Source of the DNA: an uncultured bacterium
GTDB lineage: Bacteria > Patescibacteriota > Minisyncoccia > UBA6257 > 2-01-FULL-56-20
NCBI GenBank assembly: GCA_963747905.1
Contig: CAVVHF010000018.1
Span: 1,135 to 65,134 of the forward strand
Reading direction: 5' to 3'
Length of the DNA: 64,000 bases
Shown: positions 17,520 to 27,092 of the stretch, piece after piece
How positions within the stretch are numbered: position 1 is the first letter of the stretch
Layout: every line of letters begins with the position of its first letter
The notes under the pieces: generated by a model
Databases searched by the model: none
What the model was told of the DNA's origin: nothing
The model's input: the letters and a program-made list of their open reading frames with translations, nothing else
Translations under genes and position numbers: made by a program

Positions 17520-19769
17520 TTAGCTCTTTGCCGTCAATCCCTCCCCTTCCGGCTCCAGCTTGAGCGACACCACCTTCGAGCTCCCATCCTCGGCGAGGGT
17601 CACGCCATACAATATGTCGGCAGCTTCCATTGTGGCACGGTTATGAGTGACGACGATGAACTGCGTGTGTTTGGAGAAATCCTTGAGCATCGTGCCGAAG
17701 CGGCGTGTGTTGCGCTCGTCGAGTGGCGCATCGATCTCGTCGAGCACGAGGAACGGCGGCGGGCTGACGGACACCAATGCAAAGACTGCGGCGATACCAA
17801 CGAGCGATCGCTCGCCGCCGGAGAGCATGTCGAGTGATGTCGTCTTTTTACGCGGCAATTTTATCTCAATGTCCACGCCGCCGTTCTTTTCCTGATAGAG
17901 CTCATCCTCAGTTTGTTCGATCATTTCCTTCACGTCCCCACCTTCTTCTTCGTCTTCCTCATCCACAGCACGTTCCCCTTTCGGCTTCAATACTTTCAAC
18001 TTTGCCGATCCCCCGTCAAACATAAGCGCAAAGAATTTTGCAAACTCGTCGTTGATCTTGGAAAGCGATTTATCGAACTCGCTCTTGATCTTCTCGTTCA
18101 GTTCGCGCATGAGCGCGGTGAGGTCCGCGACGGCCTTGTTAAGGTCATCCGATTCTTTTACTAAAAATGCATGGCGCGTAGCAGTGTCCTCCGCCTCTTT
18201 CATCAACGCCTGATCCACTTCGCCGATGCTCGCGAGGTCGCCGCGCAGGCGGAATATCCGGTGCTCTATGTCAGCGCCCGTTGCGGCAACCGCATCTGCA
18301 ATCGATATGTCGCGAAATTCTTCCGCGCGGCGACCGGCCTGATCCACCTGACGCAGAACCTCGTCGCGGCGGAGGTCGAGCCGCTCCTTCTCAAGCAACA
18401 GTTCGCGATTGACTTTCTCCCACGCATCAAGCTTACCCTGTGTGGCCTGCACATCGGCGACGGCGCCTTTGAATGTTTTATAAAAATCTTCCTGACCGGA
18501 CTCCAATGCTTTTTCCTGCGCACGGAGCGATGCAATATTTTTTTCAAGATCGGACAGGTCTTTCGCCGCTTCTTCGAATTCCCGACGCAACGAGCTCGGC
18601 ATCGGCGCGCTCGTGGCCGCTTTGACAGAACGCGGTTCATCCTTTTCCTCAAGCGCGAAAGTTATCTCCTCGAGCACCGTCTCAATGGCAGCCTGCACCG
18701 CGAGTGGTTCCTCGTTCAATACCGACTCCAACTCCATTTTTATCTTTTCTAAAACATCGATAAGATTTTCCGCCGAGCGATCGCTCGCGTCGCGCGCGGG
18801 AGCGACCAAACGCTTCGCCATCTCGATCTGCGCCTCGATGCGACCGGCATCCTTTTGCAGCTTGCTCCGCGCATCCATGAGCGCGGCCATCTCCTCTTTT
18901 ATCTTGGCGAGGCGCTTACGCTCCTCCGGCTGGCTCTCTTCGATCGCCGCCTGGCGCGTTTCCGCCGCGCGCTTTTCTTTCTCAAAAACCTCACACTGTT
19001 TCGTATGCGCGGCGATACGCCCGTCCACCTGCTCACCCTTCGCACGTAGCTCGTGCAATTGCGAACCAAAAAAATGATTTTCGAGCGAACGCAGCTCTTC
19101 CTCTAACGCACCACGGCGTTCCCAGCGGCCCGTCTGGCGCTTGAGCGATCGCAAATGCGGCTCGATCTCTTCGATCAGCGCCGTCACTTTATCAAGATTT
19201 ATTTTACTGTTTTTTAACCTCCGCTCGGCATCGACTTTTTTGATCTGGAACTCCCGCAAACCGAGCATTTCCTCGATCATCCCGCGGCGTTCAAGCGGCG
19301 ACGAGCGGATAAAAAGATCGCTGTCCCCTTGCCCGATAACGACCAATCCACGCGAACCAAGCCGCGCCTTTGCAAAAAAATCGATAAGGTCGCGCAACAA
19401 TATTTCCGACTTGTTCAAATAATATTTGCTCTGCCCGTCACGCGTGATCTGGCGTGACACCACCACTTCCTCAAAATCCACCGGAAAGAACTTGTTCTTA
19501 TTCTCAAAATATAAACTTGCCTGCGCCATACCCACGCGCGCGCGCTTCTGCGTGCCGGCAAAGATCAGGTCTTCAACACGCGCGCCACGGAGGTTCTTTG
19601 CATCGCGCTCGCCCAACAGCCATCGCACGGCGTCCACGATATTCGACTTGCCGGAACCGTTCGGCCCGACGACCGCCACGATCCCCGCCGGAAATTCCAA
19701 CACCGTCTTTCCCGCGAAAGATTTGAAGCCGTTTAGTTCGAGCCGTTTGAGAAAATGGGATTCTGACAT
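17520..19769 (-). CDS. smc: SMC-family ATPase, short form (749 aa)
   Basis: GFKSF, GPNGSGKSN, LSGGE, VLDEIDAPLD, QFIVVTHN; next to rnc. Confidence 0.9.
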   Translation of the reverse strand: MSESHFLKRLELNGFKSFAGKTVLEFPAGIVAVVGPNGSGKSNIVDAVRWLLGERDAKNLRGARVEDLIFAGTQKRARVGMAQASLYFENKNKFFPVDFEEVVVSRQITRDGQSKYYLNKSEILLRDLIDFFAKARLGSRGLVVIGQGDSDLFIRSSPLERRGMIEEMLGLREFQIKKVDAERRLKNSKINLDKVTALIEEIEPHLRSLKRQTGRWERRGALEEELRSLENHFFGSQLHELRAKGEQVDGRIAAHTKQCEVFEKEKRAAETRQAAIEESQPEERKRLAKIKEEMAALMDARSKLQKDAGRIEAQIEMAKRLVAPARDASDRSAENLIDVLEKIKMELESVLNEEPLAVQAAIETVLEEITFALEEKDEPRSVKAATSAPMPSSLRREFEEAAKDLSDLEKNIASLRAQEKALESGQEDFYKTFKGAVADVQATQGKLDAWEKVNRELLLEKERLDLRRDEVLRQVDQAGRRAEEFRDISIADAVAATGADIEHRIFRLRGDLASIGEVDQALMKEAEDTATRHAFLVKESDDLNKAVADLTALMRELNEKIKSEFDKSLSKINDEFAKFFALMFDGGSAKLKVLKPKGERAVDEEDEEEGGDVKEMIEQTEDELYQEKNGGVDIEIKLPRKKTTSLDMLSGGERSLVGIAAVFALVSVSPPPFLVLDEIDAPLDERNTRRFGTMLKDFSKHTQFIVVTHNRATMEAADILYGVTLAEDGSSKVVSLKLEPEGEGLTAKS

Positions 19770-19790
19770 GATAAAATTCTGGCGAGGCGC

Positions 19791-20483
19791 CTATTTATTC
19801 TTCTTGAGCACGTTCTTTGCCGCCTCAAGCTCAGCTTCCTGCTTGGACGGCCCCAGCCCTTTTGCGATCAACTTGTCGCCATAATAGACGCCCATCATAA
19901 AAATGCGTTTGTGCGCCGGGCCCGTCTCTTCGATCATTTTGTATGTCGGCGTCAGCTTCAGCTTTTCCTGTACCATCTCTTGCAACTCACTCTTTGCGTC
20001 TTTGTACGTTTTATTCTTCAACACCTCGTCAAGATTGCTCATCACGAACTCGTGCACGAACGGACGCATTTTTTCGAATCCCTGGTCGAGATAGATCGCA
20101 CCAATCAACGCCTCCATTGCATTCGCCAGAATGACCTCACGCGCTCGGCCGATATCTTTTTTTTCGCCACGCGACATCAAAATAAATTTTTGCATGCCGA
20201 TCCGCTCGGCCACCTTCGCCAAAATCTGATAGTTCACGAGCGCCGCGCGGAACACCGTGAGCTGTCCTTCCGGCTCGTTCGGAAATTTCTTAAACAACTC
20301 CTCGGAAACAAGGAGTTCGAGCACGGCATCACCGAGATATTCCAACCGCTCATTTTGCGGCAAAGGCCAGCGCGGATATTCGTTGAGATATGAACGATGC
20401 GTCAGCGCCTCCGTCAGAAGGTCCTTGTTGGTGAACGTGATCCCGATATTTTTTTCCAGTTCGTCGGTTGATGATGAAGCCAT
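19791..20483 (-). CDS. rnc: ribonuclease III
   Basis: ALTHRSY, NERLEYLGDAVL, dsRBD. Confidence 0.97.
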   Translation of the reverse strand: MASSSTDELEKNIGITFTNKDLLTEALTHRSYLNEYPRWPLPQNERLEYLGDAVLELLVSEELFKKFPNEPEGQLTVFRAALVNYQILAKVAERIGMQKFILMSRGEKKDIGRAREVILANAMEALIGAIYLDQGFEKMRPFVHEFVMSNLDEVLKNKTYKDAKSELQEMVQEKLKLTPTYKMIEETGPAHKRIFMMGVYYGDKLIAKGLGPSKQEAELEAAKNVLKKNK

Positions 20484-20911
20484 TATGATGCAGTAGGCAC
20501 TTTCTCCCGATAGACCGTCCCTAACACGCCGTTGATGAACCGCGCGGCGTTCGGGCCACCGTAGTTCTTCGCGAGCTCAATCGCCTCGTTGATGGCCACC
20601 TTCGGTGGCACCTCGTTCGGATCAGCGTAAAGCAATTCGTACAAACCAATACGCAAAATATTGCGGTCAATTACCGCGATCTTTTCGAGCGGCCATTCAG
20701 GTGCGGCGCGCCGGATGACGGCGTCAATATCTTTAAGGTGCGCCGCAACGCCTTGTAATATCTTCCAACCGAACTCGGGTTCGTCCACGCCCGGCGCAAA
20801 CTCGGCCATATCCCGTTCGAGGATCTCGGTAATGTCCTTTTTTTGATTATAAAAATCCCACTCGTAGAGTGACTGCAGGACGACGGTTCGGATTAAGTGC
20901 CGTGTGGCCAT
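20483..20911 (-). CDS. nusB: transcription antitermination factor NusB
   Basis: [27 protein letters not shown]. Confidence 0.96.
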   Translation of the reverse strand: MATRHLIRTVVLQSLYEWDFYNQKKDITEILERDMAEFAPGVDEPEFGWKILQGVAAHLKDIDAVIRRAAPEWPLEKIAVIDRNILRIGLYELLYADPNEVPPKVAINEAIELAKNYGGPNAARFINGVLGTVYREKVPTAS

Positions 20912-20965
20912 AGTTTAGGAAAGAACAATTTCTGCAAAGAGCGACCGATTCATGCTATTACGATA

Positions 20966-21118
20966 CTACATTTTTCCACACTGTGCGCACGTCCGATGCG
21001 CTCGGCGCGGAGCTCCGCAATTCTTGCAAACCAGCAATTTCGCTTTCTTCATAGCAAGATGCGAGCGTCGATTGCCAGTCTTACTATGGGTATGATGTTT
21101 GGTTGGTACGCCCGCCAT
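20966..21118 (-). CDS. rpmF: 50S ribosomal protein L32 (below ORF-track cutoff)
   Basis: Manual translation MAGVPTKHHTHSKTGNRRSH...CKNCG..RAHRTCAQCG. Confidence 0.93.
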   Translation of the reverse strand: MAGVPTKHHTHSKTGNRRSHLAMKKAKLLVCKNCGAPRRAHRTCAQCGKM

Positions 21119-21138
21119 GATGTTAATAAAAAGTTAAT

Positions 21139-21777
21139 TTATTTGTTTATTTTAAGGCGCTTACCCAAAAAAGTCAACCGGTGGACGTCGCATGAGCCAT
21201 TCTTTTTGATCGCGCGGAGATGCCCCGCCGTGCCATATCCCTTATGGATCTCAAAGCCATAGTGCGGATATTTTTTTGCCAACCGCCGCATATACCCATC
21301 GCGGGACACTTTTGCGATGATAGACGCCGCCGCGACCGCCGAGATCTTCTCGTCAGCTTTTACGACAGTCTTCGCGCTAACGATCTTACCGGCGGCCAAT
21401 TCTTGTTGACGATTCTTGCTGCCAAGATATAACCCACCGTCAAGAAAAACCGGCGTCTGCGGCGAGAATTTATATTTTTTTAATAACCGCGAGAAGGCAT
21501 TCTGCGCCGCGCGGTTAGCAGCGGCGGAAATATTCGTGCGTTCTATCTCGCGCGGGTAGACACGCGCGACCGCGAAACGCGCGCCGATATTACTCCGAAG
21601 CTCCTTCCCCCAGAATTCCCTTTGCGCCGCGCTCAGTTTTTTAGAATCTTTTAATGACCGGAATGGGGCGTGAGCGATACGACCATGGGCGTCGAGCGCG
21701 AGTATCGCGGCGGCGACCGTCACCGGCCCCGCGAGCGCCCCTCGGCCAACCTCATCAATACCGACGATCCACTTCAT
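21139..21777 (-). CDS. rnhB: ribonuclease HII
   Basis: GIDEVGRG.LAGPV, DSKKL, AAASIIAKV.RD, HKGYGT. Confidence 0.96.
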   Translation of the reverse strand: MKWIVGIDEVGRGALAGPVTVAAAILALDAHGRIAHAPFRSLKDSKKLSAAQREFWGKELRSNIGARFAVARVYPREIERTNISAAANRAAQNAFSRLLKKYKFSPQTPVFLDGGLYLGSKNRQQELAAGKIVSAKTVVKADEKISAVAAASIIAKVSRDGYMRRLAKKYPHYGFEIHKGYGTAGHLRAIKKNGSCDVHRLTFLGKRLKINK

Positions 21778-21806
21778 ATTATTAGTGCGCGCTCGTGCCG
21801 CAGCCA

Positions 21807-22250
21807 TCAGAGACCGCCGCCGCCAAGGCCTCCCAGGTTATTCACATCATTCAGCGATTGCTGGATATACCCCTGGATCCACAGGGTCGTCAGCCAGACC
21901 GCGACGATGCTCGACGCGACGAGCAGGACGAGCATGATGGCGCCAATCTGCTTGGCGCGCGGATCCGGCGAGCGGAGATATTTGATGCCCTGCCACTTGG
22001 TGATTGCAAGATACGCGATCCACGGGAGGACGATACTGAACGCATAGAGTAACAACTGGTCGCCGACGCCCGTGCCGAGAGGTGCCTCAGTCAGTTTCGC
22101 GCCGCAGTTCGGACAGAAATAATATTCCGGCTTTGTGGGAAAGTGGCAACGCGGGCAAATCTGCGCCCCGGCATATCCGGCTACCGTAGCAGGCACTGAC
22201 GGTTGCTGCGGCGTCTGTTGCGACAGTGTAGGTACTGCGTTCTCATCCAT
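21807..22250 (-). CDS. zinc-ribbon membrane protein
   Basis: CPRC...FCPNCG followed by two TM segments. Confidence 0.75.
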   Translation of the reverse strand: MDENAVPTLSQQTPQQPSVPATVAGYAGAQICPRCHFPTKPEYYFCPNCGAKLTEAPLGTGVGDQLLLYAFSIVLPWIAYLAITKWQGIKYLRSPDPRAKQIGAIMLVLLVASSIVAVWLTTLWIQGYIQQSLNDVNNLGGLGGGGL

Positions 22251-22288
22251 AGTATGTTCATTCTACCACGATGGATTATAATGGCGGT

Positions 22289-22978
22289 ATGGAGTTCAGT
22301 TTCCTTCCCGACGATACCATAAGGGACCTTCAGAAGTTCGTGACGGAGGTCTATGCCGTACCGGATGACCGGATCTATTCGTTATGGGATCTGCTCGTTC
22401 AGGAAGAGCGCTTTGCTATGCGGGCACTCAAGGGCATCCGGCAGAATGACATACAGAAACTGGGACATAATCTTCTCATTTCGTTTTCCTGGCTGATTTC
22501 CATCGCCAACCGGCTACATATCGACGTGGAGGAAGAAACATGGCGTCGGTTTCCGGGACTCTGCTCATATTGCGGCAAACAGCCGTGTGCGTGCCGGACG
22601 ATCAAACCCTCTGCGCGGCTCAAAATAACCGCCGATGAGAGTACCCGACCAAAAACATTGGCTGACACACAATCAATGTTTGAAGCGATCTATCCGGCCA
22701 ACAAGCGAACCCTCGCCGACGCAGGCGTCCACCTGGCGGAAGAGATCGGGGAAGTTAGCGAAGCGATCCATAACTATCTCGGCGAACATCGGGAAGAGCA
22801 GTTCGATGAGGTGAAGCTGGAGCTCGCCGATCTCGTCTCCTGTATATTCGGCGTCGCGAACTCCGCACACATCAATATCGCAAAAGAGCTCAGTGAAATA
22901 TATCGTGATAATTGCCATATCTGCCATAACGCTCCGTGTACCTGCACCTTCTCCGACATCGTGCGGTTGCGGACGTGA
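22289..22978 (+). CDS. tandem MazG-like NTP pyrophosphohydrolase with Cys clusters
   Basis: LAEEIGEVSE...ELADL; two repeats each ending CxxCxxxPCxC. Confidence 0.8.
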   Translation: MEFSFLPDDTIRDLQKFVTEVYAVPDDRIYSLWDLLVQEERFAMRALKGIRQNDIQKLGHNLLISFSWLISIANRLHIDVEEETWRRFPGLCSYCGKQPCACRTIKPSARLKITADESTRPKTLADTQSMFEAIYPANKRTLADAGVHLAEEIGEVSEAIHNYLGEHREEQFDEVKLELADLVSCIFGVANSAHINIAKELSEIYRDNCHICHNAPCTCTFSDIVRLRT

Positions 22979-22994
22979 CGGCCAAGATGGTCCC

Positions 22995-23612
22995 TCAGGA
23001 CACCTTCCTCACTTCTGCCACCTTCAAGTGCGGGATCGCGCGATGCATAACCGGCGGTTTGTCTTCAAAGAATGTCTGCAATATCTGCAACGCATCGCCA
23101 TGGGAAACGAGCAGAATATTTTTGCCGGCGTAGCGCTCTCCCAAATCGTGAATGAGGGCGGCAACCCGAGCCGCGATCTCCGTCGTACTTTCCACATTCG
23201 CATCCCTATGGTCGGGATCGAGAACGTCCTTATCCCATACATTTTGATAATGGACGTCGCTTGTCCCCTCCCAATCGCCGAACCAACGCTCGCGTAACCG
23301 ATCGTCAAAAATAATTTCCACGGGCACCCCTAATACCTCCTTCGCAATCTCCGCCGTTCGCCGGCAACGCGAGAACGGAGAGGAAAAGATGATTGTGTCA
23401 TCTTTTAATAAACCCTGCGCCTTTGCCTCCCGCACCGAACGCCGAACCTGCTCCTCCCCATTCTTCGTAAGCGTATGTTCATCTTTTTCCCCTTCCTCTA
23501 AATGGCTTAAAATGACCCCACGGATATTCGGCATGCTTTCGCCGTGACGCAGGAGAAAATAATGATTTTTAAATATGGGCTTGATCGATTCCCGCGCACC
23601 CGCTTGCTTCAT
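22995..23612 (-). CDS. histidine phosphatase family protein
   Basis: LRHGES, SSPFSRC..TA, LRERWFG, LLVSHGD. Confidence 0.9.
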   Translation of the reverse strand: MKQAGARESIKPIFKNHYFLLRHGESMPNIRGVILSHLEEGEKDEHTLTKNGEEQVRRSVREAKAQGLLKDDTIIFSSPFSRCRRTAEIAKEVLGVPVEIIFDDRLRERWFGDWEGTSDVHYQNVWDKDVLDPDHRDANVESTTEIAARVAALIHDLGERYAGKNILLVSHGDALQILQTFFEDKPPVMHRAIPHLKVAEVRKVS

Positions 23613-23614
23613 AT

Positions 23615-24046
23615 TTATATAATTTCCAATTTTTTGAACCAATATTCCCACGCCGGCTCCAACGTCAATCTTTTGATCTCTTCCTTCGAATACCATCCCG
23701 CCGATTTTGTTTCCCGCATACTGCGTGCGAGATCGCCGAAAATAGGGCAATAGAAAAGATACCAGTAGTGCGAGGTCGCTCCCTTACTACACCAATTCCA
23801 GTCAAGCTCTTCTTCTAAAAGCAACTTGGGATCATGCACATCAAAACCAATCTCCTCTTTGACCTCGCGCATGATGGCATGCCGCTCATCTTCACCCTCG
23901 TCAACGTGCCCCGCGACACCGGCGAACCCGAGCGGCGGCACGGCGCGTTCGATCAAAAGATATTTCCCATCCCGCTCAATGAGGGCGCCCACCGAAAAAT
24001 GCATCAGCTTCCCGTCTTTTGTTCTCCCTTCTTTCGGTGGCACCAT
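23615..24046 (-). CDS. Nudix hydrolase
   Basis: Nudix box GHVDEGE...AIMREVKEEIG. Confidence 0.9.
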   Translation of the reverse strand: MVPPKEGRTKDGKLMHFSVGALIERDGKYLLIERAVPPLGFAGVAGHVDEGEDERHAIMREVKEEIGFDVHDPKLLLEEELDWNWCSKGATSHYWYLFYCPIFGDLARSMRETKSAGWYSKEEIKRLTLEPAWEYWFKKLEII

Positions 24047-24053
24047 AGATCGA

Positions 24054-24500
24054 TCAAAAACGAATTTTGCTTATATCGCCATTTAAGAATATCGGCTGAA
24101 GACCGTAGATCTCTTCTTTAAAACCAAGGTCGTCAGAAATGGGATTCAGGATGTAGATCGGCTTGCCGTAATCGAAACCGATAGCTGCCTCGATGAGTGT
24201 GTTCCCGCCGATGTAACCGGGGACGCCCTTCTTCTCGTAATTGAGCACGAGCACTGCATCCCCGCTTTTTACTTTTCGCAGATGGTTTTTAATAAGCCAT
24301 GTCTTACGGGCATATTGCTTTGGATCGTCGAACCACGTCCTATAGGTACCCACGCGATAGTCACCGCTTTTTTTCATCTTCATCGCCGTGTACGGCAGCT
24401 TCACGGCATAGCCCATCGCAGTGAGCCGTTTCTCAACTTCCAGCGCCTGTTTAAAAAACGCAGCACTCGAGCAGATGGTGATTATCTTTTTCTTTTTCAT
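24054..24500 (-). CDS. nucleoside 2-deoxyribosyltransferase-like fold protein
   Basis: ITICSS, DAVLVLN, YIGGNTLIEAAIG, KPIYIL. Confidence 0.65.
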   Translation of the reverse strand: MKKKKIITICSSAAFFKQALEVEKRLTAMGYAVKLPYTAMKMKKSGDYRVGTYRTWFDDPKQYARKTWLIKNHLRKVKSGDAVLVLNYEKKGVPGYIGGNTLIEAAIGFDYGKPIYILNPISDDLGFKEEIYGLQPIFLNGDISKIRF

Positions 24501-24501
24501 G

Positions 24502-24930
24502 TTATGCGATGGCAGATAAATTTCCTTTCAGACAAATAGGATCCATAGCCTTTATTTCATCAATATAGGGAACCTCGCTAGGAATATCGTTGAGCAGAAA
24601 TATCTTCTTTTTATTCACGTAGGCCATCCCCATTTCCATGAGACAGTTACCGCCAATATAATTTTTGATGCCTTTCTTCTCCAGGTTTACAATAAGAATC
24701 GCGTCGCTTTGGAGAATGTGGTTATAGTGCTGGCGGATATAATCATGCGCCCGCTTGAAATCAGCACTTTCGCCAGGCAACGCACCTTCGATGAACGCCA
24801 TTGTTTTGCCATTCACATGATCTTCATAATCCTGATGGATCCAGCCGTCGTAACCCAGATCGCAGAGCTGATTCTTGTAATCAACCATTTCCCTTACGAA
24901 GCTATTACTACCAAGAACGTAGACCTTCAT
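24502..24930 (-). CDS. nucleoside 2-deoxyribosyltransferase-like fold protein (paralog)
   Basis: SDAILIVN, YIGGNCLMEMGMA, KKIFLL; aligns by eye with 24054-24500. Confidence 0.65.
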   Translation of the reverse strand: MKVYVLGSNSFVREMVDYKNQLCDLGYDGWIHQDYEDHVNGKTMAFIEGALPGESADFKRAHDYIRQHYNHILQSDAILIVNLEKKGIKNYIGGNCLMEMGMAYVNKKKIFLLNDIPSEVPYIDEIKAMDPICLKGNLSAIA

Positions 24931-24951
24931 AAAAAATATTGTCGCACCAAT

Positions 24952-25027
24952 CCGACAGAAAAACAAACAGCCGTTCCGCTGAATTATTCTTATCACAAGG
25001 CGGAACGGCTGTTTGTTTTTCTGTCGG
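24952..25027 (-). repeat. perfect 28-bp inverted repeat abutting tRNA-Lys 3' end
   Basis: CCGACAGAAAAACAAACAGCCGTTCCGC / GCGGAACGGCTGTTTGTTTTTCTGTCGG, 20-nt loop. Confidence 0.9.
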
Positions 25028-25101
25028 TGCCCCCACCAGGATTTGAACCTGGGACCATCTCCTTAAAAGGGAGCTGCTCTACCAGACTGAGCTATAGGGG
25101 C
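25028..25101 (-). tRNA. tRNA-Lys(TTT)
   Basis: GCCCCTA acceptor, AGCTCAGTCTGGTAGAGC, CT-TTT-AA loop, GGTTCAAATCC. Confidence 0.95.
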
Positions 25102-25153
25102 AATTCCTGCTAATAGTAGTGAAAATTGTCGGATATTTCAACCGACGGCATTA

Positions 25154-25537
25154 TTATTTGGATTTCGTCCGATATGCTTTTTTAATATCCAGATACGCCG
25201 CGTACGTCCCATGCTCCCCCTTTTGCTTTCTCATAAGATCGGCGGGATATTTTTTCTCGATACGCGCGAGTTTCGCGCGGATGATCTTTTCGGAATCAAG
25301 ATCGAGGAGCACCGCCATCTCGATCGCATAGAGAAACACATCAGCCAATTCTCCTTTCAACTTTTCCATTTTCTCCTTATTTTTCTTTGTATCTTTGATA
25401 TCCAAACTTTGCCATTGGAAAAGCTCCAGCAGTTCGGCGGCCTCGATGGATATGGATTTTGCGATGTCGGACGGACGCAGCACATGCCAATTCCTCGCGC
25501 GCAGGTATGCCTTGATGTCTTTCTCTAGTTTCTTCAT
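25154..25537 (-). CDS. MazG-like nucleotide pyrophosphohydrolase
   Basis: IEAAELLELFQW...ELADV...KKYP. Confidence 0.88.
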   Translation of the reverse strand: MKKLEKDIKAYLRARNWHVLRPSDIAKSISIEAAELLELFQWQSLDIKDTKKNKEKMEKLKGELADVFLYAIEMAVLLDLDSEKIIRAKLARIEKKYPADLMRKQKGEHGTYAAYLDIKKAYRTKSK

Positions 25538-25546
25538 ATTTGTTTA

Positions 25547-25963
25547 TTATGCCTTCTTTCTAAACACCGTCAACCCGCTACGCTTCGCATATCCGCATTT
25601 TTCGGCGAAGACGAAATTTTTCTTTTCGGTCTCAAAATAGATCGACGTGCCTTTCGCGAGTGTGGCGATCTTTTTCATCATCCGCAACCCTAACCCCTGG
25701 CGTTGATATTCCGGCGCAATGACGAGGTCGAGGATCTTCGTGTCGATGGCAAAGTCGCTGAGCGCTCTGCCAATGCCGATAAGTTCGCCGTCACCGTTCC
25801 GCGCGGAGATGACGATGTCGCAGTTCGCGAGAGAGCGCTTCATCCGTACCGTGGAATATTCTTTCGCGGCACCCCAGCCAAGCTCTATATACAGCGCCGC
25901 CGCTTCGGCGGGTTTTACCGATTTTTTATCGGCAGAGATGACGATATCGAGCGCGATAGACAT
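25547..25963 (-). CDS. GNAT family acetyltransferase
   Basis: LIGIGRA, DLVIAPEYQRQGLG. Confidence 0.88.
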   Translation of the reverse strand: MSIALDIVISADKKSVKPAEAAALYIELGWGAAKEYSTVRMKRSLANCDIVISARNGDGELIGIGRALSDFAIDTKILDLVIAPEYQRQGLGLRMMKKIATLAKGTSIYFETEKKNFVFAEKCGYAKRSGLTVFRKKA

Positions 25964-25969
25964 GACACG

Positions 25970-27064
25970 CTACTGCTCTTTCTCTAATTTTTCCAACAGC
26001 TCTTTTGCCTTCGCACCCGGCTTCTTCGGGGCCTTGATAATAAAATTCACTAACAGATCACCACAGGCGCGCGAATTGATGTGCGGCATACCGTGCCCGG
26101 CCACCCGCAACGACTCCTTAAGATTGAACCCTGCAGGGATCTCCACGGTCGTCGTGCCGCCGGAGACCACCGGTACCGCGATCGCTTTGCCAAGTAAGAC
26201 GTCGACCAACTTGAGCTCTTTTGTGACGATGAGATCGGCGCCGTGCCGCGCGAATACCGCGCTCGGCCGCACGCGCACGCGCACATAGAGATCGCCCGCG
26301 ACAGTGCCGCGTTCGCCGGCCTCGCCCATCCCCTTCACTTTAATAAGCTGATTGTCGTCAATGCCCGCCATGATGTCGATCTTGATCTCGCGATCCGCCA
26401 TCACGCGCCCCGCGCCGCGGCATGCGCCGCACGGTTTCTTCGGTACTTCACCCGCGCCATGACATTTTGAGCACGCCTTGACCTGCGAAAAATTGCCGAA
26501 CATTGTTCGGCGCTGCTCGCGCACCTGGCCCTGCCCATCGCACGTGGAACATTTTTCAAAACCGCTGCCCAGTTCCGCGCCTTTGCCGCCGCATTTCGCA
26601 CATTGGACAAATGTTTTCAAGCGGACAGTTTTAATCGTTCCGGAAAACGCCTCTTCTAATGTGATCTGCTCGTGCACCTCGAGATCGGATCCCGACTCGT
26701 AGGTCTTGCGCCGCGATGCGCCGCCCATTCCACCGCCAAAGAACGTTTCAAAAATGTCGCCGAGGTCGCCCATATCGCCGAATTGTGACGGATCAAAACC
26801 ACCGAAGCCGCCGCTCCATTGTGCACCGCCATTTGCGCCGCCGCCAAATCCGCCCATCGGATCCGCCGTGCCAAAGCGATCGTACTGCGCGCGTTTGTTT
26901 TTGTCGGACAACACCTGATACGCCTCGTTGATTTCTTTGAACTTTGCCTCATTGCCACCAGCCTTGTCTGGATGATGTTGGTGCGCAAGTTTGCGATATG
27001 CTTTTTTAACCTCTTCTTCCGAAGCGGTCTTTTGTACTCCTAAAATTGAATAATAATCTTTCAT
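25970..27064 (-). CDS. dnaJ: chaperone DnaJ
   Basis: HPD, G/F region, four CxxCxGxG repeats. Confidence 0.97.
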   Translation of the reverse strand: MKDYYSILGVQKTASEEEVKKAYRKLAHQHHPDKAGGNEAKFKEINEAYQVLSDKNKRAQYDRFGTADPMGGFGGGANGGAQWSGGFGGFDPSQFGDMGDLGDIFETFFGGGMGGASRRKTYESGSDLEVHEQITLEEAFSGTIKTVRLKTFVQCAKCGGKGAELGSGFEKCSTCDGQGQVREQRRTMFGNFSQVKACSKCHGAGEVPKKPCGACRGAGRVMADREIKIDIMAGIDDNQLIKVKGMGEAGERGTVAGDLYVRVRVRPSAVFARHGADLIVTKELKLVDVLLGKAIAVPVVSGGTTTVEIPAGFNLKESLRVAGHGMPHINSRACGDLLVNFIIKAPKKPGAKAKELLEKLEKEQ

Positions 27065-27092
27065 AAAAATTTAATACATTATTGCGCGCCTA

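Noticed and set aside
14268-17520. Possible integrated element at tRNA-Ala
   Set aside because: No integrase and no duplicated tRNA 3' end found by eye; treated as a variable region only.
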